Source of the DNA: Gemmatimonadales bacterium
Lineage (GTDB): Bacteria; Gemmatimonadota; Gemmatimonadetes; Gemmatimonadales; GWC2-71-9
Assembly (NCBI GenBank): GCA_035575675.1
Contig: DATLXS010000100.1
Span: forward strand, 30,259 to 94,258
Reading direction: 5' to 3'
DNA: 64,000 nucleotides
Position 1 is the stretch's first letter. Each line of letters starts with the position of its first letter. Position numbers and translations under genes: made by a program. This document shows, piece after piece, positions 8,046 through 17,090 of this stretch. The notes beneath the pieces are model-generated. The model was not told the origin of the DNA and searched no databases. It saw only the letters and a list, made by a program, of their open reading frames with translations.

Positions 8046-9652
8046 GCGGGCAGCTCGATCACGACGCGAGTTCCACTCCCGCCGGCGTCGGGGGCGTCAT
8101 CGATCCAGGTGCGACCGTGGTGCAGGCTGACGAGCTCGCGCACGACGGCGAGTCCGATGCCACTGCCGGCGACGGCGGAGCCGCGGTCGCGCTCCAGCCG
8201 CCAGAACCGCTCCCACACGCGCTCGCGGTCGGCGCGCGGGATGCCGGGCCCTCCGTCCGCGACCCACAGCTGCGCGGCGCCGTTTTCACGCGTCGCGCCG
8301 ATCCGCACTTCCTGGCCCGCGGGGCCGTACTTCACGGCGTTGTCGAGCAGGTTGAGCAGCATCTGCCGCACGGCGCCGGGATCGGCGGGCACGACGAGGT
8401 CCTCCGGTATCTCCGCAGCGACCGTCGCGCCGCGCGCGGCGGCGAGCGGCGCAAAGCCGTCGATCACCTCCTGCACCAGCGGCGCGAGGGCGGTCGGCTC
8501 GGGCGCGATGTGCGTCGTCTGCCGCTCCGACCGCGAGAAGTGCAGCAGATTCTCTACCAGATGCGTCAGTCGGCGCGCTTCTTGATCGATGATCGCCAGG
8601 GAGCGGCGCCGTTCTTCGTCGGATCGCACACGCCCCAGCGTCAACGTCTCGGAGAACATCCGGATCTGTGCGAGGGGAGTGCGCAGCTCGTGCGAGACGC
8701 CCGAGATGAAGTCGGTCCGCAGGCGCGTGAGCTGCGATTCGCGGCGCAGCTGGAACAGCGCGGTGCCGATCAATGCCGCCGTTAGTCCGAGCAAGCTGAG
8801 GATCAGTGGAAGCCGGGACCGTGGCAGACCGCCGATGATCAGCTTATCGGCGACCTCAGCGCGCAGCGTCGCCTGCGCGAAGAGGTTGCCCATGTCGGTG
8901 CCGATCGTGTCGCGCGCCGTGAACGGCGAGGTGTACTGCACCGCGGACCGATATATCTCGACGCCATACTTGTCGGTGATGATGATCGATCCCATCGAGT
9001 CGTACTGGACGCCCCCGGTCAGCGGCCGGGGCAGGAGCGCAAACTTCTCGGTGGCCTGCACGACCAGCGGCTTGAGCGCGGTTGGCTTGGCTTCGAACCC
9101 GAGCGCCGTGCGCAGGATGCCATCGGAATCGCGCAGCACCGTATACGCGACATAGCGGCGATCGTCACCGGGTTGACCTAGCACGGTGCCCATGTGCCAC
9201 GACGTATCGTAGACCGCGCGCGTGTGCGCCGGCAGCGTGTCGATCAACCAGCGGCGGACGACCGTCGGCAATTTCTCACCCGACGTCGTGAGTCGTCCGG
9301 TCTTCAGGTCCATCCGGAAGGTGAAGCGGATGTAGGGCGCGAGCGAGAACTCGTGCTCCATGGTATCGAAATGCAGATCGCGTGGTACCGGCAACGGCTT
9401 CTGCGGCGCGATTTCATGCGCGTGCTGCAGCGCCTTGAGCGGCGGGACGACCGCGTAGTAGATCTCGCTGGCGCTGCGCTGCGCCACGCGCGCCGCAGCC
9501 AGTGCCGCGTAGTCGCGCAGCACGCGATCGGCCTGCGCGCGATGATAGCGCGCTGTCCCATACGCCTGGACCGCCAGCGCCGCCGCGACGGCGAAGGCGA
9601 GCACCAACAGCACCGCAACGACGGCGCCGCGTCGCACGCGGAAACGAGTCAT
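8042..9652 (-). CDS. sensor histidine kinase (two TM helices, periplasmic sensor, HisKA + HATPase_c)
   Basis: H-box FISGVSHELRTPL, N-box LLNLLDNAVKY, and G-boxes DGGPGI and GSGIGL. There is a 4-nt overlap with the downstream regulator. Start set at ATG 9652 (alternative 9691). Confidence 0.85.
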   Translation of the reverse strand: MTRFRVRRGAVVAVLLVLAFAVAAALAVQAYGTARYHRAQADRVLRDYAALAAARVAQRSASEIYYAVVPPLKALQHAHEIAPQKPLPVPRDLHFDTMEHEFSLAPYIRFTFRMDLKTGRLTTSGEKLPTVVRRWLIDTLPAHTRAVYDTSWHMGTVLGQPGDDRRYVAYTVLRDSDGILRTALGFEAKPTALKPLVVQATEKFALLPRPLTGGVQYDSMGSIIITDKYGVEIYRSAVQYTSPFTARDTIGTDMGNLFAQATLRAEVADKLIIGGLPRSRLPLILSLLGLTAALIGTALFQLRRESQLTRLRTDFISGVSHELRTPLAQIRMFSETLTLGRVRSDEERRRSLAIIDQEARRLTHLVENLLHFSRSERQTTHIAPEPTALAPLVQEVIDGFAPLAAARGATVAAEIPEDLVVPADPGAVRQMLLNLLDNAVKYGPAGQEVRIGATRENGAAQLWVADGGPGIPRADRERVWERFWRLERDRGSAVAGSGIGLAVVRELVSLHHGRTWIDDAPDAGGSGTRVVIELPA

Positions 9653-9836
9653 GGACTGAAGATTCCCTCCCCAACCCTCCATCGGCAACACTCGGTCAAC
9701 TCGGCTGGACGGTTCCCTGACATAGCCCGCACGCCGCGCGCATCATCCCGGGGGCGGGAGCTCCTACATTCGTGGGCGAGGTACGGAAAGTAGATCGCGG
9801 CGCAAGTGTCGACGGCCACTTTCGCCCGATCTCGCC

Positions 9837-9874
9837 AACCCGGAGCGCAGCAGTGGCTCCGGGTTTGGTTTTGG
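9837..9874 (+). terminator. terminator-like hairpin on plus strand with no upstream plus-strand gene
   Basis: AACCCGGAGC-9 nt-GCTCCGGGTT followed by TGGTTTTGG. Confidence 0.4.
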
Positions 9875-9886
9875 GGGGCGGCGGGC

Positions 9887-9921
9887 AAAAAAAGTAGGGG
9901 CGCAGCATGCTGCGCCCCTAC
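9887..9921 (-). terminator. intrinsic terminator of the DUF1097-like gene, built on a 28-bp perfect palindrome (repeat copy 1)
   Basis: GTAGGGGCGCAGCATGCTGCGCCCCTAC (9894-9921) is followed on the minus strand by T7 (A7 at 9887-9893), 27 nt after the stop at 9949. Confidence 0.75.
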
Positions 9922-9948
9922 TCTCGTATCATGGGTCTACCCCTGCAT

Positions 9949-10437
9949 CTAGCGATTCGACATGGCCGGCACGACCCTCATTCTCCCGAGCATCTCGGCA
10001 ACGCGCTCCGCGGCGATCCCCAACACGCAGCCGATCGCCAGCGCGATGACGATGCGAATCCCACCGTTGATGGTGACGGCGCGCGCACCCATCGCGGTCG
10101 CGGCGCCGACCAGAGCGCCCACGGTGTACGTCAGCAGCGGGATGCGAGCCTGGTACACCATCCCGAACACCGCGGCACCCAGGAGCAAAGCGTCCAGGAG
10201 ATCATTCCGGCCGAGCGCGGTAGAAACGGAAGCATAGAGCAGCGCCCACACGACGCCGGATGCCGACCCGAGTATCGACTTCTGCAGTCCGAGAATTCCG
10301 CCACCCGCGCCCACGAAGCAGCCGAGGCCGACGATGACGGTCCAGAGCTGCAGCGGCAATCTGCCGAAGTGGGAGATGACGGCCCAGAGGGCCGCGACGA
10401 TGGCCAGACTCAATGCCTTGGTGGTTGAAGCGCTCAT
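9949..10437 (-). CDS. DUF1097-like inner-membrane protein
   Basis: Five to six hydrophobic helices. ATG 10437 is preceded by GGAGGAGG. Confidence 0.55.
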   Translation of the reverse strand: MSASTTKALSLAIVAALWAVISHFGRLPLQLWTVIVGLGCFVGAGGGILGLQKSILGSASGVVWALLYASVSTALGRNDLLDALLLGAAVFGMVYQARIPLLTYTVGALVGAATAMGARAVTINGGIRIVIALAIGCVLGIAAERVAEMLGRMRVVPAMSNR

Positions 10438-10516
10438 CTGTTGGGCCTCCTCCATTGAAGGGGGATCTGGGGCGGCAACATAATGAACCGGCAGGGCGGG
10501 GTGCAACGCTCCTGGC

Positions 10517-12403
10517 CTAAACGCGTTGAATTACATAGGCTTCCATCGCGTAATACTCGGGCAGCCCGAGGCGGTCGGCGCGCGCCGCGGTCTCCAGATT
10601 CCGCGCTTCCACCCGCTGCCAGAACTCCCGTTCGTCGTACCCGGGGAAGGGCGCCGTGTCCTTTTGCGATTGATGCCGGAAGATCGCGAGGATCTTGGCG
10701 TGCAGCTCATCCTGCGACAGGGGAACGAGCACATCAGCCTCGGTGAGCGACCACTCCTGCCACGCGCCGCGATACAACCACACCTCCGGCTTGCCACCCT
10801 GATAGCGGGCGAGCGCTGCTTCGACGGCGGCCTTGCACGTGCGATGGGTGCCGTGGGGATCGGACAGGTCCCCGGCGACGAACACGAGATCGGGTCGCGT
10901 CTCTTCGATCAGCCGCAGCACGATCGCGATGTCGTCTTCGGACAGCGGCCGTTTGCGGACTTCGCCCGTCTGGTAGAACGGGAGATCGAGGAACCGCGCA
11001 CTGGTTGCGGGAATGCCGACCGCGGCCAATGCGGCGATCGCTTCCGATTCCCGGATGAATTTCTTGAGGTGCTGGACGACGGGGATGTCGATCTCTCCGG
11101 GCGCCTTCTGCTCCATGCCGGCGTTGACCGTGGCGCGGGCGCGCTGGACGGCGGATGTGTCGAGCCCCAGCGACCCGGCCGCCCGTTCGACGAAGTCCAG
11201 ATGCCGGGTGACGTCGTGATCGAATACGGCGATGTTGCCGCTCGTCATGTACGCGACGACCATCTGATTCTCGTTCTCCCACAGCTTGCGGAGAATGCCG
11301 CCCATCGAGATGACGTCGTCATCGGGATGCGGGGAGAAGACGAGCACGCGCTCGTGCGCCGGAAGCTTGGCCCGGCCCCGAATCTTCTCGCGCAGCCGGT
11401 TGAAGACCTGGCCGTTGATGGGACCGGCCGACCCCGCCCGCGCGAGCAGCGGGCTCAGTTGATTCTCCGCGTAGTCACGCGCGGACAACTTCAGCACCGC
11501 CTTCGTGCTGCGATCGGCGAGCCACACGACGGCGCGTTCCACCATCGCGGGTGTCCAATCGATGCCCTCCAGGATCCAGGGCGTCTTGATCCGTGTCAGC
11601 TCGGCGGCCGCCGGCAGGTCGAGATAGAACGTGACGCTCGGGTGGCGCTGCAGGAACGTGGCGGCGACATCAGTGGAGATGTCACCTTCGACCGCGCGCG
11701 CGACGATCCCGGCCTTGTGCTCGCCGGTCGCGAGCAACGCGATCTCTTTCGCGTCGAGAATCGTCGCGACGCCCATCGTGATCGCTTCGCGCGGGACGTT
11801 CTCGACACCGAAGAAGTCGGCGGCGGCGTCCTTTCGCGTCAGGGTATCGAGCGTGACGATCCGGGTCCGCGATGCCGCGTCGGAGCCCGGCTCATTGAAC
11901 CCGACGTGTCCCGTCTTCCCGATGCCGAGCAGCTGGAAGTCGATGCCGCCGGCGGCGCGAATCGCGGCTTCATAGGCGGCGCACGCGTCGGTCACACGCT
12001 CGCGCGGCGTCACGCCTTCGGGAATGTGGACGTTGGGCTTCGCGATGTTCACATGCGCGAAGAAGTTCTCCCACATGTAGCGGTGATAACTGTGGGGACT
12101 GTCGGGCGACATCGGGTAGTACTCGTCGAGATTGAACGTGATGACGTGCGAAAAATCGACGTCGCCCGCCTGGTGGAGGCGGATCAGCTCTTCGTAGACG
12201 CCCAGCGGCGTACTGCCGGTGGCGAGACCGAGCACCACCTTGCCCTTGGCCTGCGTCTCGCGCTGGATGACCTCCACGATGCGCTCGGCGACTCGGGCGG
12301 CAAGATCCGAGTGCTCGGGAAAGACGACGGTGTTCAGTCGCTCGCGGTCGCGGGAGCTTTCAATCGTGGTGGAGGGCGAGCGGCGCGCGGTAGCCTTGGC
12401 CAT
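10517..12403 (-). CDS. nagB: glucosamine-6-phosphate deaminase fused to an LmbE/PIG-L-type deacetylase domain
   Basis: N-terminal half: GLATGSTPLGVYEEL, FNLDEYY, GIGKTGHVGFNEP. C-terminal half: VFSPHPDDDVISMGG, DPHGTH. Confidence 0.85.
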   Translation of the reverse strand: MAKATARRSPSTTIESSRDRERLNTVVFPEHSDLAARVAERIVEVIQRETQAKGKVVLGLATGSTPLGVYEELIRLHQAGDVDFSHVITFNLDEYYPMSPDSPHSYHRYMWENFFAHVNIAKPNVHIPEGVTPRERVTDACAAYEAAIRAAGGIDFQLLGIGKTGHVGFNEPGSDAASRTRIVTLDTLTRKDAAADFFGVENVPREAITMGVATILDAKEIALLATGEHKAGIVARAVEGDISTDVAATFLQRHPSVTFYLDLPAAAELTRIKTPWILEGIDWTPAMVERAVVWLADRSTKAVLKLSARDYAENQLSPLLARAGSAGPINGQVFNRLREKIRGRAKLPAHERVLVFSPHPDDDVISMGGILRKLWENENQMVVAYMTSGNIAVFDHDVTRHLDFVERAAGSLGLDTSAVQRARATVNAGMEQKAPGEIDIPVVQHLKKFIRESEAIAALAAVGIPATSARFLDLPFYQTGEVRKRPLSEDDIAIVLRLIEETRPDLVFVAGDLSDPHGTHRTCKAAVEAALARYQGGKPEVWLYRGAWQEWSLTEADVLVPLSQDELHAKILAIFRHQSQKDTAPFPGYDEREFWQRVEARNLETAARADRLGLPEYYAMEAYVIQRV

Positions 12404-13042
12404 CTACACCTTTACTTCGATCGTCGCACCGCGCTTGTAGCGCACGTACAGCCAGGCCATCGGGACGATCATCATGCCGGCGGCGATGATGGTGAGAGCG
12501 AGCAGCACCGCGGATAACAGCACCGCCCGCTGCGAGGCCTGGGCCGCCCGGAACATCGCGGAATCCTGCTTGGCGAGCAGGACGATCATCGCCTGGCGCG
12601 CGTCGGTGCCGACCCCGGTTGCCGTGCTCGTCAGGCCGCTGAGCACAGTCTGGACCAGGTCCCGCTCGCGGTCGTCGGGCATGGCGTTGCCGAGCTCGGC
12701 GAGCTGCACCCGCAGCATGCGGCCCAGGGTGTCCCGCTGGGCCACGGCTTCGGGCCGGCGGAACCGCGGATCGGTGCTGGTCGCCATTTCACGCCATACC
12801 TCGAGCCCGGCGTTGTAGCGATGCAAGGTTTCGGACGTACGGGCGCCACGGGTCACGGTGACGGCTGCCCCGTTGAGCGAAACGATCAGCCACAACCCGA
12901 TGACGAGGGCCACGGCGAGCGTCACCGCGCTGATCGTAACCGCGATTCCCGGCCGGATAAACGTGTAATCCTTCATGGCGACGGCGAAGGATGAGCGTCC
13001 GACCGAAGGGCGCGAGGGGAAACCAGGAGGTGGTGTCGTCAT
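12404..13042 (-). CDS. two-TM membrane protein (hypothetical)
   Basis: Hydrophobic helices near both ends. Its stop abuts the nagB ATG with zero spacing. The start is uncertain (13042 or 12976). Confidence 0.45.
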   Translation of the reverse strand: MTTPPPGFPSRPSVGRSSFAVAMKDYTFIRPGIAVTISAVTLAVALVIGLWLIVSLNGAAVTVTRGARTSETLHRYNAGLEVWREMATSTDPRFRRPEAVAQRDTLGRMLRVQLAELGNAMPDDRERDLVQTVLSGLTSTATGVGTDARQAMIVLLAKQDSAMFRAAQASQRAVLLSAVLLALTIIAAGMMIVPMAWLYVRYKRGATIEVKV

Positions 13043-13131
13043 GCGCCGGACGCTAGTCTCCGCTTGACGGCGCTGCAAGGGGGCGCAATTTCTATTGTGC
13101 GCCCCCCACCCGACACCCCGATCACATTGGG

Positions 13132-14154
13132 ATGCCGATGGAGGACATGTTGAACGCAGAGGTGCTTCGCCAGGCAAGTGCGGTCGTGGGACGCCCGGTC
13201 GTGCTGTGGGAAGTTATTGGGTCTCACCAAGCCGTCGCGCGCGCGAGCAGCGGTACTGATGTTGGTGCTCAGCCTCCCGCCTTCGATCTCGACGCCATCC
13301 TGAGACGGTGGAACGTTCCTATCGCGGTGGGATCGCTGTGGGTGACGGCGCCTGGTCCCACACCGGATGCATGGGTCGTGGCGCCCGTGCGCGCGCGTCC
13401 ACCCGCGCCGCCGCCGGGCGGTCGCGAGCGACGCAGCAAGGAGCGCCTCGCCCTCGAGCTGGCGGGGCTGGCCATCGGCCTCGCGTCGGGCTCCGCGTCT
13501 GGCGACTCGTCGTCCGGCATGCTCGTGCATCAGGCGAGCAATCCGTTGACCGCTGCGCGCGCCGGACTCCAGCTCTCCATGGAATCGATCGGCCGGTGGG
13601 TGGACCTGGCGGCAGACCGCCGCCTGGCCCTCCTGGACGATCTCGGCCAGGTGCTCGAAGATCTCGACCGCACCTCCGAGCTGCTGCGTGCGATGAGGCA
13701 GAGCGCACGCGCCGGGACGCTGACCGCGCGCAGTCAACGTGGCGGCCGGTTCGACGCCGTCCGCGTTGTGCGGTCCTGTCTGACGCTCGAACGGCGTCTG
13801 TTGCGCGACCGCGGTATCGAGCTCGAGTTCACGACCTCGCTCGACACGCTGTACATGAAGGGCGATGCCAACGCGCTGTTCGACCTGCTCGTGAGCCTCG
13901 TTCGCACCGCCGCCGATCCGAGCGCCGGTCAGCCGAAGCTCGTCCGCGTGCAGCTCGAGCAGAAAGGCAAGGACCTCGAGCTCACGGTGAGCGGTGGCCG
14001 GTCGCTGGCGAATTTCACCAAGGTGCGCACGGCGACAGAGGAGATCTTCAGCGGCACGGTGAAGGTCCAATCACCGAGCGCCGAAGCGGGCGAGACGACG
14101 CTCACGATCGCCCTGCCGCTACCGCAGCAGCGGGACGCGGACCGCCGCCCCTAG
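13132..14154 (+). CDS. histidine-kinase-like protein with degenerate ATP-binding domain
   Basis: H-box-like LVHQASNPLTAA. The C-terminal region has HATPase-like topology, but the N-box Asn and the G1/G2 glycine boxes are not recognisable. Confidence 0.5.
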   Translation: MPMEDMLNAEVLRQASAVVGRPVVLWEVIGSHQAVARASSGTDVGAQPPAFDLDAILRRWNVPIAVGSLWVTAPGPTPDAWVVAPVRARPPAPPPGGRERRSKERLALELAGLAIGLASGSASGDSSSGMLVHQASNPLTAARAGLQLSMESIGRWVDLAADRRLALLDDLGQVLEDLDRTSELLRAMRQSARAGTLTARSQRGGRFDAVRVVRSCLTLERRLLRDRGIELEFTTSLDTLYMKGDANALFDLLVSLVRTAADPSAGQPKLVRVQLEQKGKDLELTVSGGRSLANFTKVRTATEEIFSGTVKVQSPSAEAGETTLTIALPLPQQRDADRRP

Positions 14155-14621
14155 GCGAGCAGCGCCTGCAGATCGAGCGGCCGCGTGTGCATCCGGATGG
14201 CGCCGTCCGGTCCACGCGGCCATTCGCTTTCCGGCCGGTCGCGATACAACTCGATGCCGTTGCCGTCGGGATCGCGCAGATAGATCGCTTCACTCACGCC
14301 GTGATCCGATGCACCCTCGAGGGCCACGCCATGCTTGAGCACCCGGCGCACCGCGGCGGCAAGGGCGGCACGGTCGGGGTAGAGAATCGCGAAATGGTAG
14401 AGCCCGGTCGTCCCCTCGGCTGGGCGCGGGGCGCCGCGGCCTGCCCAGGTGTTGAGACCGATGTGATGATGGTAGCCGCCGGCTGACACAAAAACGGCGT
14501 CGGCGCCATAGCGGGCGGTGACCTCGAAGCCCAGGACATCCCGGTAGAACTGCAGGGCGCGATCCAGATCGCTCACGGTCAGGTGCACGTGGCCGATTCT
14601 GGTGCGAGGATCGATCGTCAT
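14151..14621 (-). CDS. VOC/glyoxalase-family protein (CatE-like)
   Basis: IGHVHLTVSDLDRALQFYRDVLGF...HHHIGLNTW...IYLRDPDGNGIELY. Only the last 156 codons of the 727-aa ORF are used. Confidence 0.8.
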   Translation of the reverse strand: MTIDPRTRIGHVHLTVSDLDRALQFYRDVLGFEVTARYGADAVFVSAGGYHHHIGLNTWAGRGAPRPAEGTTGLYHFAILYPDRAALAAAVRRVLKHGVALEGASDHGVSEAIYLRDPDGNGIELYRDRPESEWPRGPDGAIRMHTRPLDLQALLA

Positions 14622-14666
14622 GTCATCTCCACAACATCCTGAGGTTCCCCGGTTACATTTCCCGGC

Positions 14667-16298
14667 ATGAACACAGCCAAAATCCCTACCCCGGTCAACG
14701 AACCCGTTCTCGCCTACGCTCCCGGGTCGCGCGAGCGCACCGAGCTCAAGCAGTCGCTCAAAGACCTGAGCGGCCGCCAAATCGAGATCCCGGTCGTCAT
14801 TGGCGGCAGGGAAATCCGCACTGGCAAGACCGTCGATGCGGTGATGCCGCATTGCCACCGGCACGTGCTCGCCAAGGTCCACCAGGCCGGCCCGGAGGAG
14901 GTCACTGCGGCGGTCAAGGCCGCTCGTGATGCGTGGCGCGACTGGTCGAGCTGGAGCCTGATCGATCGCGCCGCCGTCTTCCTCAAGGCAGCAGACCTGC
15001 TCGCGACGCGCTGGCGCGCCATGCTCAATGCCGCCACGATGCTCGGCCAGAGCAAAACGGCGTTCCAGGCGGAGATCGATGCGGCGTGCGAGCTGATCGA
15101 CTTTTGGCGCTTCAATGTCCACTACGCCGAGCGGATCCACGCGGAGCAGCCGCTGTCGGTCGCCGGGAGCGGGATGTGGAATGCGCTGGACTACCGCGGG
15201 CTCGAAGGATTCGTCTACGCCATCACACCCTTCAACTTCACGGCGATCGGCGGGAACCTGCCGACCGCGCCGGCGATGATGGGGTCCACGGTCGTCTGGA
15301 AGCCGGCCGCGACGGCGTCCTACTCGAATTACCTCGTGTTCCGGCTGTTGCAGGAGGCGGGGCTGCCCCCCGGCGTCATCAATTTCGTCCCCGGTCCCGC
15401 CGCCGTGATCAGTGAGCGGCTGCTGGCCGACCGCCATCTGGGCGGTATCCACTTCACGGGGTCCACGGAAGTCTTCCAGACGCTGTGGAAGCAAGTGGCC
15501 GGGAACCTGACCGGCTACGCCGACTACCCGCGGCTCGTCGGGGAGACCGGCGGCAAGGACTTCATTCTCGCCCACGCGAGCGCCGACGTCGATGCGCTCG
15601 CGACCGGCATCGTGCGCGGCGCGTTCGAGTATCAGGGCCAGAAGTGCAGCGCCGCCTCGCGCGCCTACGTGCCGGAGTCGCTCTGGCCCAAAGTGCGTGA
15701 GCGCGTGCTCGGCCTGCTCGCCGAGGCGAAGGTGGGTGACCCGGCCGACTTCCGCAACTTCATGGGCGCGGTGATCGACAAGAAGTCGTTCGACAAGATC
15801 AAAGGCTACATCGAGAAGGCGAAGCACGACGCGAAAGCGAAGATCCTGTTCGGCGGCGAGTGCGACGACGCGGACGGATACTTCGTGCATCCGACGGTGA
15901 TCCAGGTCGAGGATCCCGCGTACCGGACGATGTGTGAGGAGATCTTCGGGCCGGTGCTCTCGCTCTACGTGTACCCGGATAAACAATGGAAGGAGACGCT
16001 GGCGCTCGTGGATCGGACGTCGCCCTACGCGCTCACGGGCGCCGTGTTCGCGCAGGACCGCGCGGCGCTGGCTGAGGCCGATGCGGCGCTGCGCTACGCA
16101 GCCGGCAACTTCTATCGCAACGACAAGCCCACGGGCGCCGTCGTGGGGCAGCAACCGTTCGGCGGCGGACGTGCCAGTGGGACAAACGACAAGGCGGGGA
16201 GTCTGCTCAATCTGATGCGCTGGACCAGCGCCCGGGCCGTCAAGGAGAACTTCGTGCCCCCCCGCGATCCGTGGTATCCGTTCATGGCGGAGGCTTGA
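14667..16298 (+). CDS. pruA: L-glutamate gamma-semialdehyde (1-pyrroline-5-carboxylate) dehydrogenase
   Basis: Aldehyde dehydrogenase family with catalytic FEYQGQKCSAASR and ETGGKDF; 543 aa, the typical length for PruA. Confidence 0.9.
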   Translation: MNTAKIPTPVNEPVLAYAPGSRERTELKQSLKDLSGRQIEIPVVIGGREIRTGKTVDAVMPHCHRHVLAKVHQAGPEEVTAAVKAARDAWRDWSSWSLIDRAAVFLKAADLLATRWRAMLNAATMLGQSKTAFQAEIDAACELIDFWRFNVHYAERIHAEQPLSVAGSGMWNALDYRGLEGFVYAITPFNFTAIGGNLPTAPAMMGSTVVWKPAATASYSNYLVFRLLQEAGLPPGVINFVPGPAAVISERLLADRHLGGIHFTGSTEVFQTLWKQVAGNLTGYADYPRLVGETGGKDFILAHASADVDALATGIVRGAFEYQGQKCSAASRAYVPESLWPKVRERVLGLLAEAKVGDPADFRNFMGAVIDKKSFDKIKGYIEKAKHDAKAKILFGGECDDADGYFVHPTVIQVEDPAYRTMCEEIFGPVLSLYVYPDKQWKETLALVDRTSPYALTGAVFAQDRAALAEADAALRYAAGNFYRNDKPTGAVVGQQPFGGGRASGTNDKAGSLLNLMRWTSARAVKENFVPPRDPWYPFMAEA

Positions 16299-16813
16299 AG
16301 GCGCCTCTCCTGGTCTGGGCGATGGCGGTGGCATTTCTCCTGCTCGTGGCGTCGCTGTTGATCGGCTCGTTCACCAAGCCGGAGTTTCCGGCCTATGAAA
16401 TCGGGCCGCACGCCGACGGCACCTACACGCTCGATGCCTCGCGCGGCGACGCGTGGCGCTGGTGGGGCGACCTCGGCTTTCGCCGCAATCACGTCATCAC
16501 CGCCCCCGGCGCGGGAGCGATCGACCTCGGCCCCATGGCGTTCGACTCCGTCACGGAGCTTCCCACGGACGGGTACGTCGCAACGAGTTTCGCCGCGGAC
16601 ACCGCAAACTCGGCTATCGGCAAGTGGTACGACTACAGCATGTGGTCGCACCTGCTGACGTCCAGGCATCACCTCTACGCGATCCGGACGCGGTCCGGAG
16701 AGCTCGTCGCGCTCGAGATTCTCGCCTACTACTGCCGCGAGGTCGGCGCCGCGTGCTACACCGTGCGCCATAAAACAACGCGCCCCCGACCAACTTCGTC
16801 GGGGGTGCGTTAA
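16271..16813 (+). CDS. exported/membrane-anchored hypothetical protein (possibly HmuY-like fold)
   Basis: N-terminal hydrophobic helix and a beta-rich remainder ending in LVALEILAYYC. The start is uncertain (ATG 16322 is an alternative). Confidence 0.45.
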   Translation: MVSVHGGGLKAPLLVWAMAVAFLLLVASLLIGSFTKPEFPAYEIGPHADGTYTLDASRGDAWRWWGDLGFRRNHVITAPGAGAIDLGPMAFDSVTELPTDGYVATSFAADTANSAIGKWYDYSMWSHLLTSRHHLYAIRTRSGELVALEILAYYCREVGAACYTVRHKTTRPRPTSSGVR

Positions 16814-16831
16814 TGAGAGACCGCGGGAGCG

Positions 16832-17014
16832 TTACTTAGCAGCGGCGGGGGGCAGAATCTTGAACATTCCCGTCCCGCAAACCGGACAAACACCCTTTAG
16901 CGCGGGGCGGCCATTGGCCATCTTCACCTGCTGGGCGTTCGAGATCTTCCGCTTCGCCTTACACTTCACGCAGTAGCCTTCATCCGCGGCCATCGGGCTC
17001 TTTCCCTTTGCCAT
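16832..17014 (-). CDS. DUF5679-type small zinc-ribbon protein
   Basis: MAKGKSP..GYCVKCKAKRKISNAQQVKMANGRPALKGVCPVCGTGMFKIL, preceded by a GGAGGAG RBS. Confidence 0.7.
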   Translation of the reverse strand: MAKGKSPMAADEGYCVKCKAKRKISNAQQVKMANGRPALKGVCPVCGTGMFKILPPAAAK

Positions 17015-17090
17015 TGTCTGTCGCTCCTCCAGTTCAGGGGCACGGCGGGGAACGGCAAGTCTAAGCGCCAGACAACATAATAAGGTCGTG

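Noticed and set aside
9653-9948. tRNA or other standard RNA gene in the largest intergenic gaps (also 50112-50435 and 29974-30140)
   Set aside because: No cloverleaf-compatible sequence or T-loop (GGTTCGAATCC-like) motif was seen. This was a visual scan only, so tRNAscan and Rfam searches would be decisive.
10526-12517. 663-aa plus-strand ORF
   Set aside because: It is antisense to nagB-LmbE. Its composition is biased (R, G, D, L) and no family signature is present, whereas the minus strand carries unambiguous NagB and PIG-L motifs.
14622-16334. N-terminal ~570 codons of the 727-aa minus-strand ORF
   Set aside because: It is antisense to pruA. Only the last 156 codons (14151-14621, from MTIDPRTRIGHVHL) form a real VOC/glyoxalase protein.
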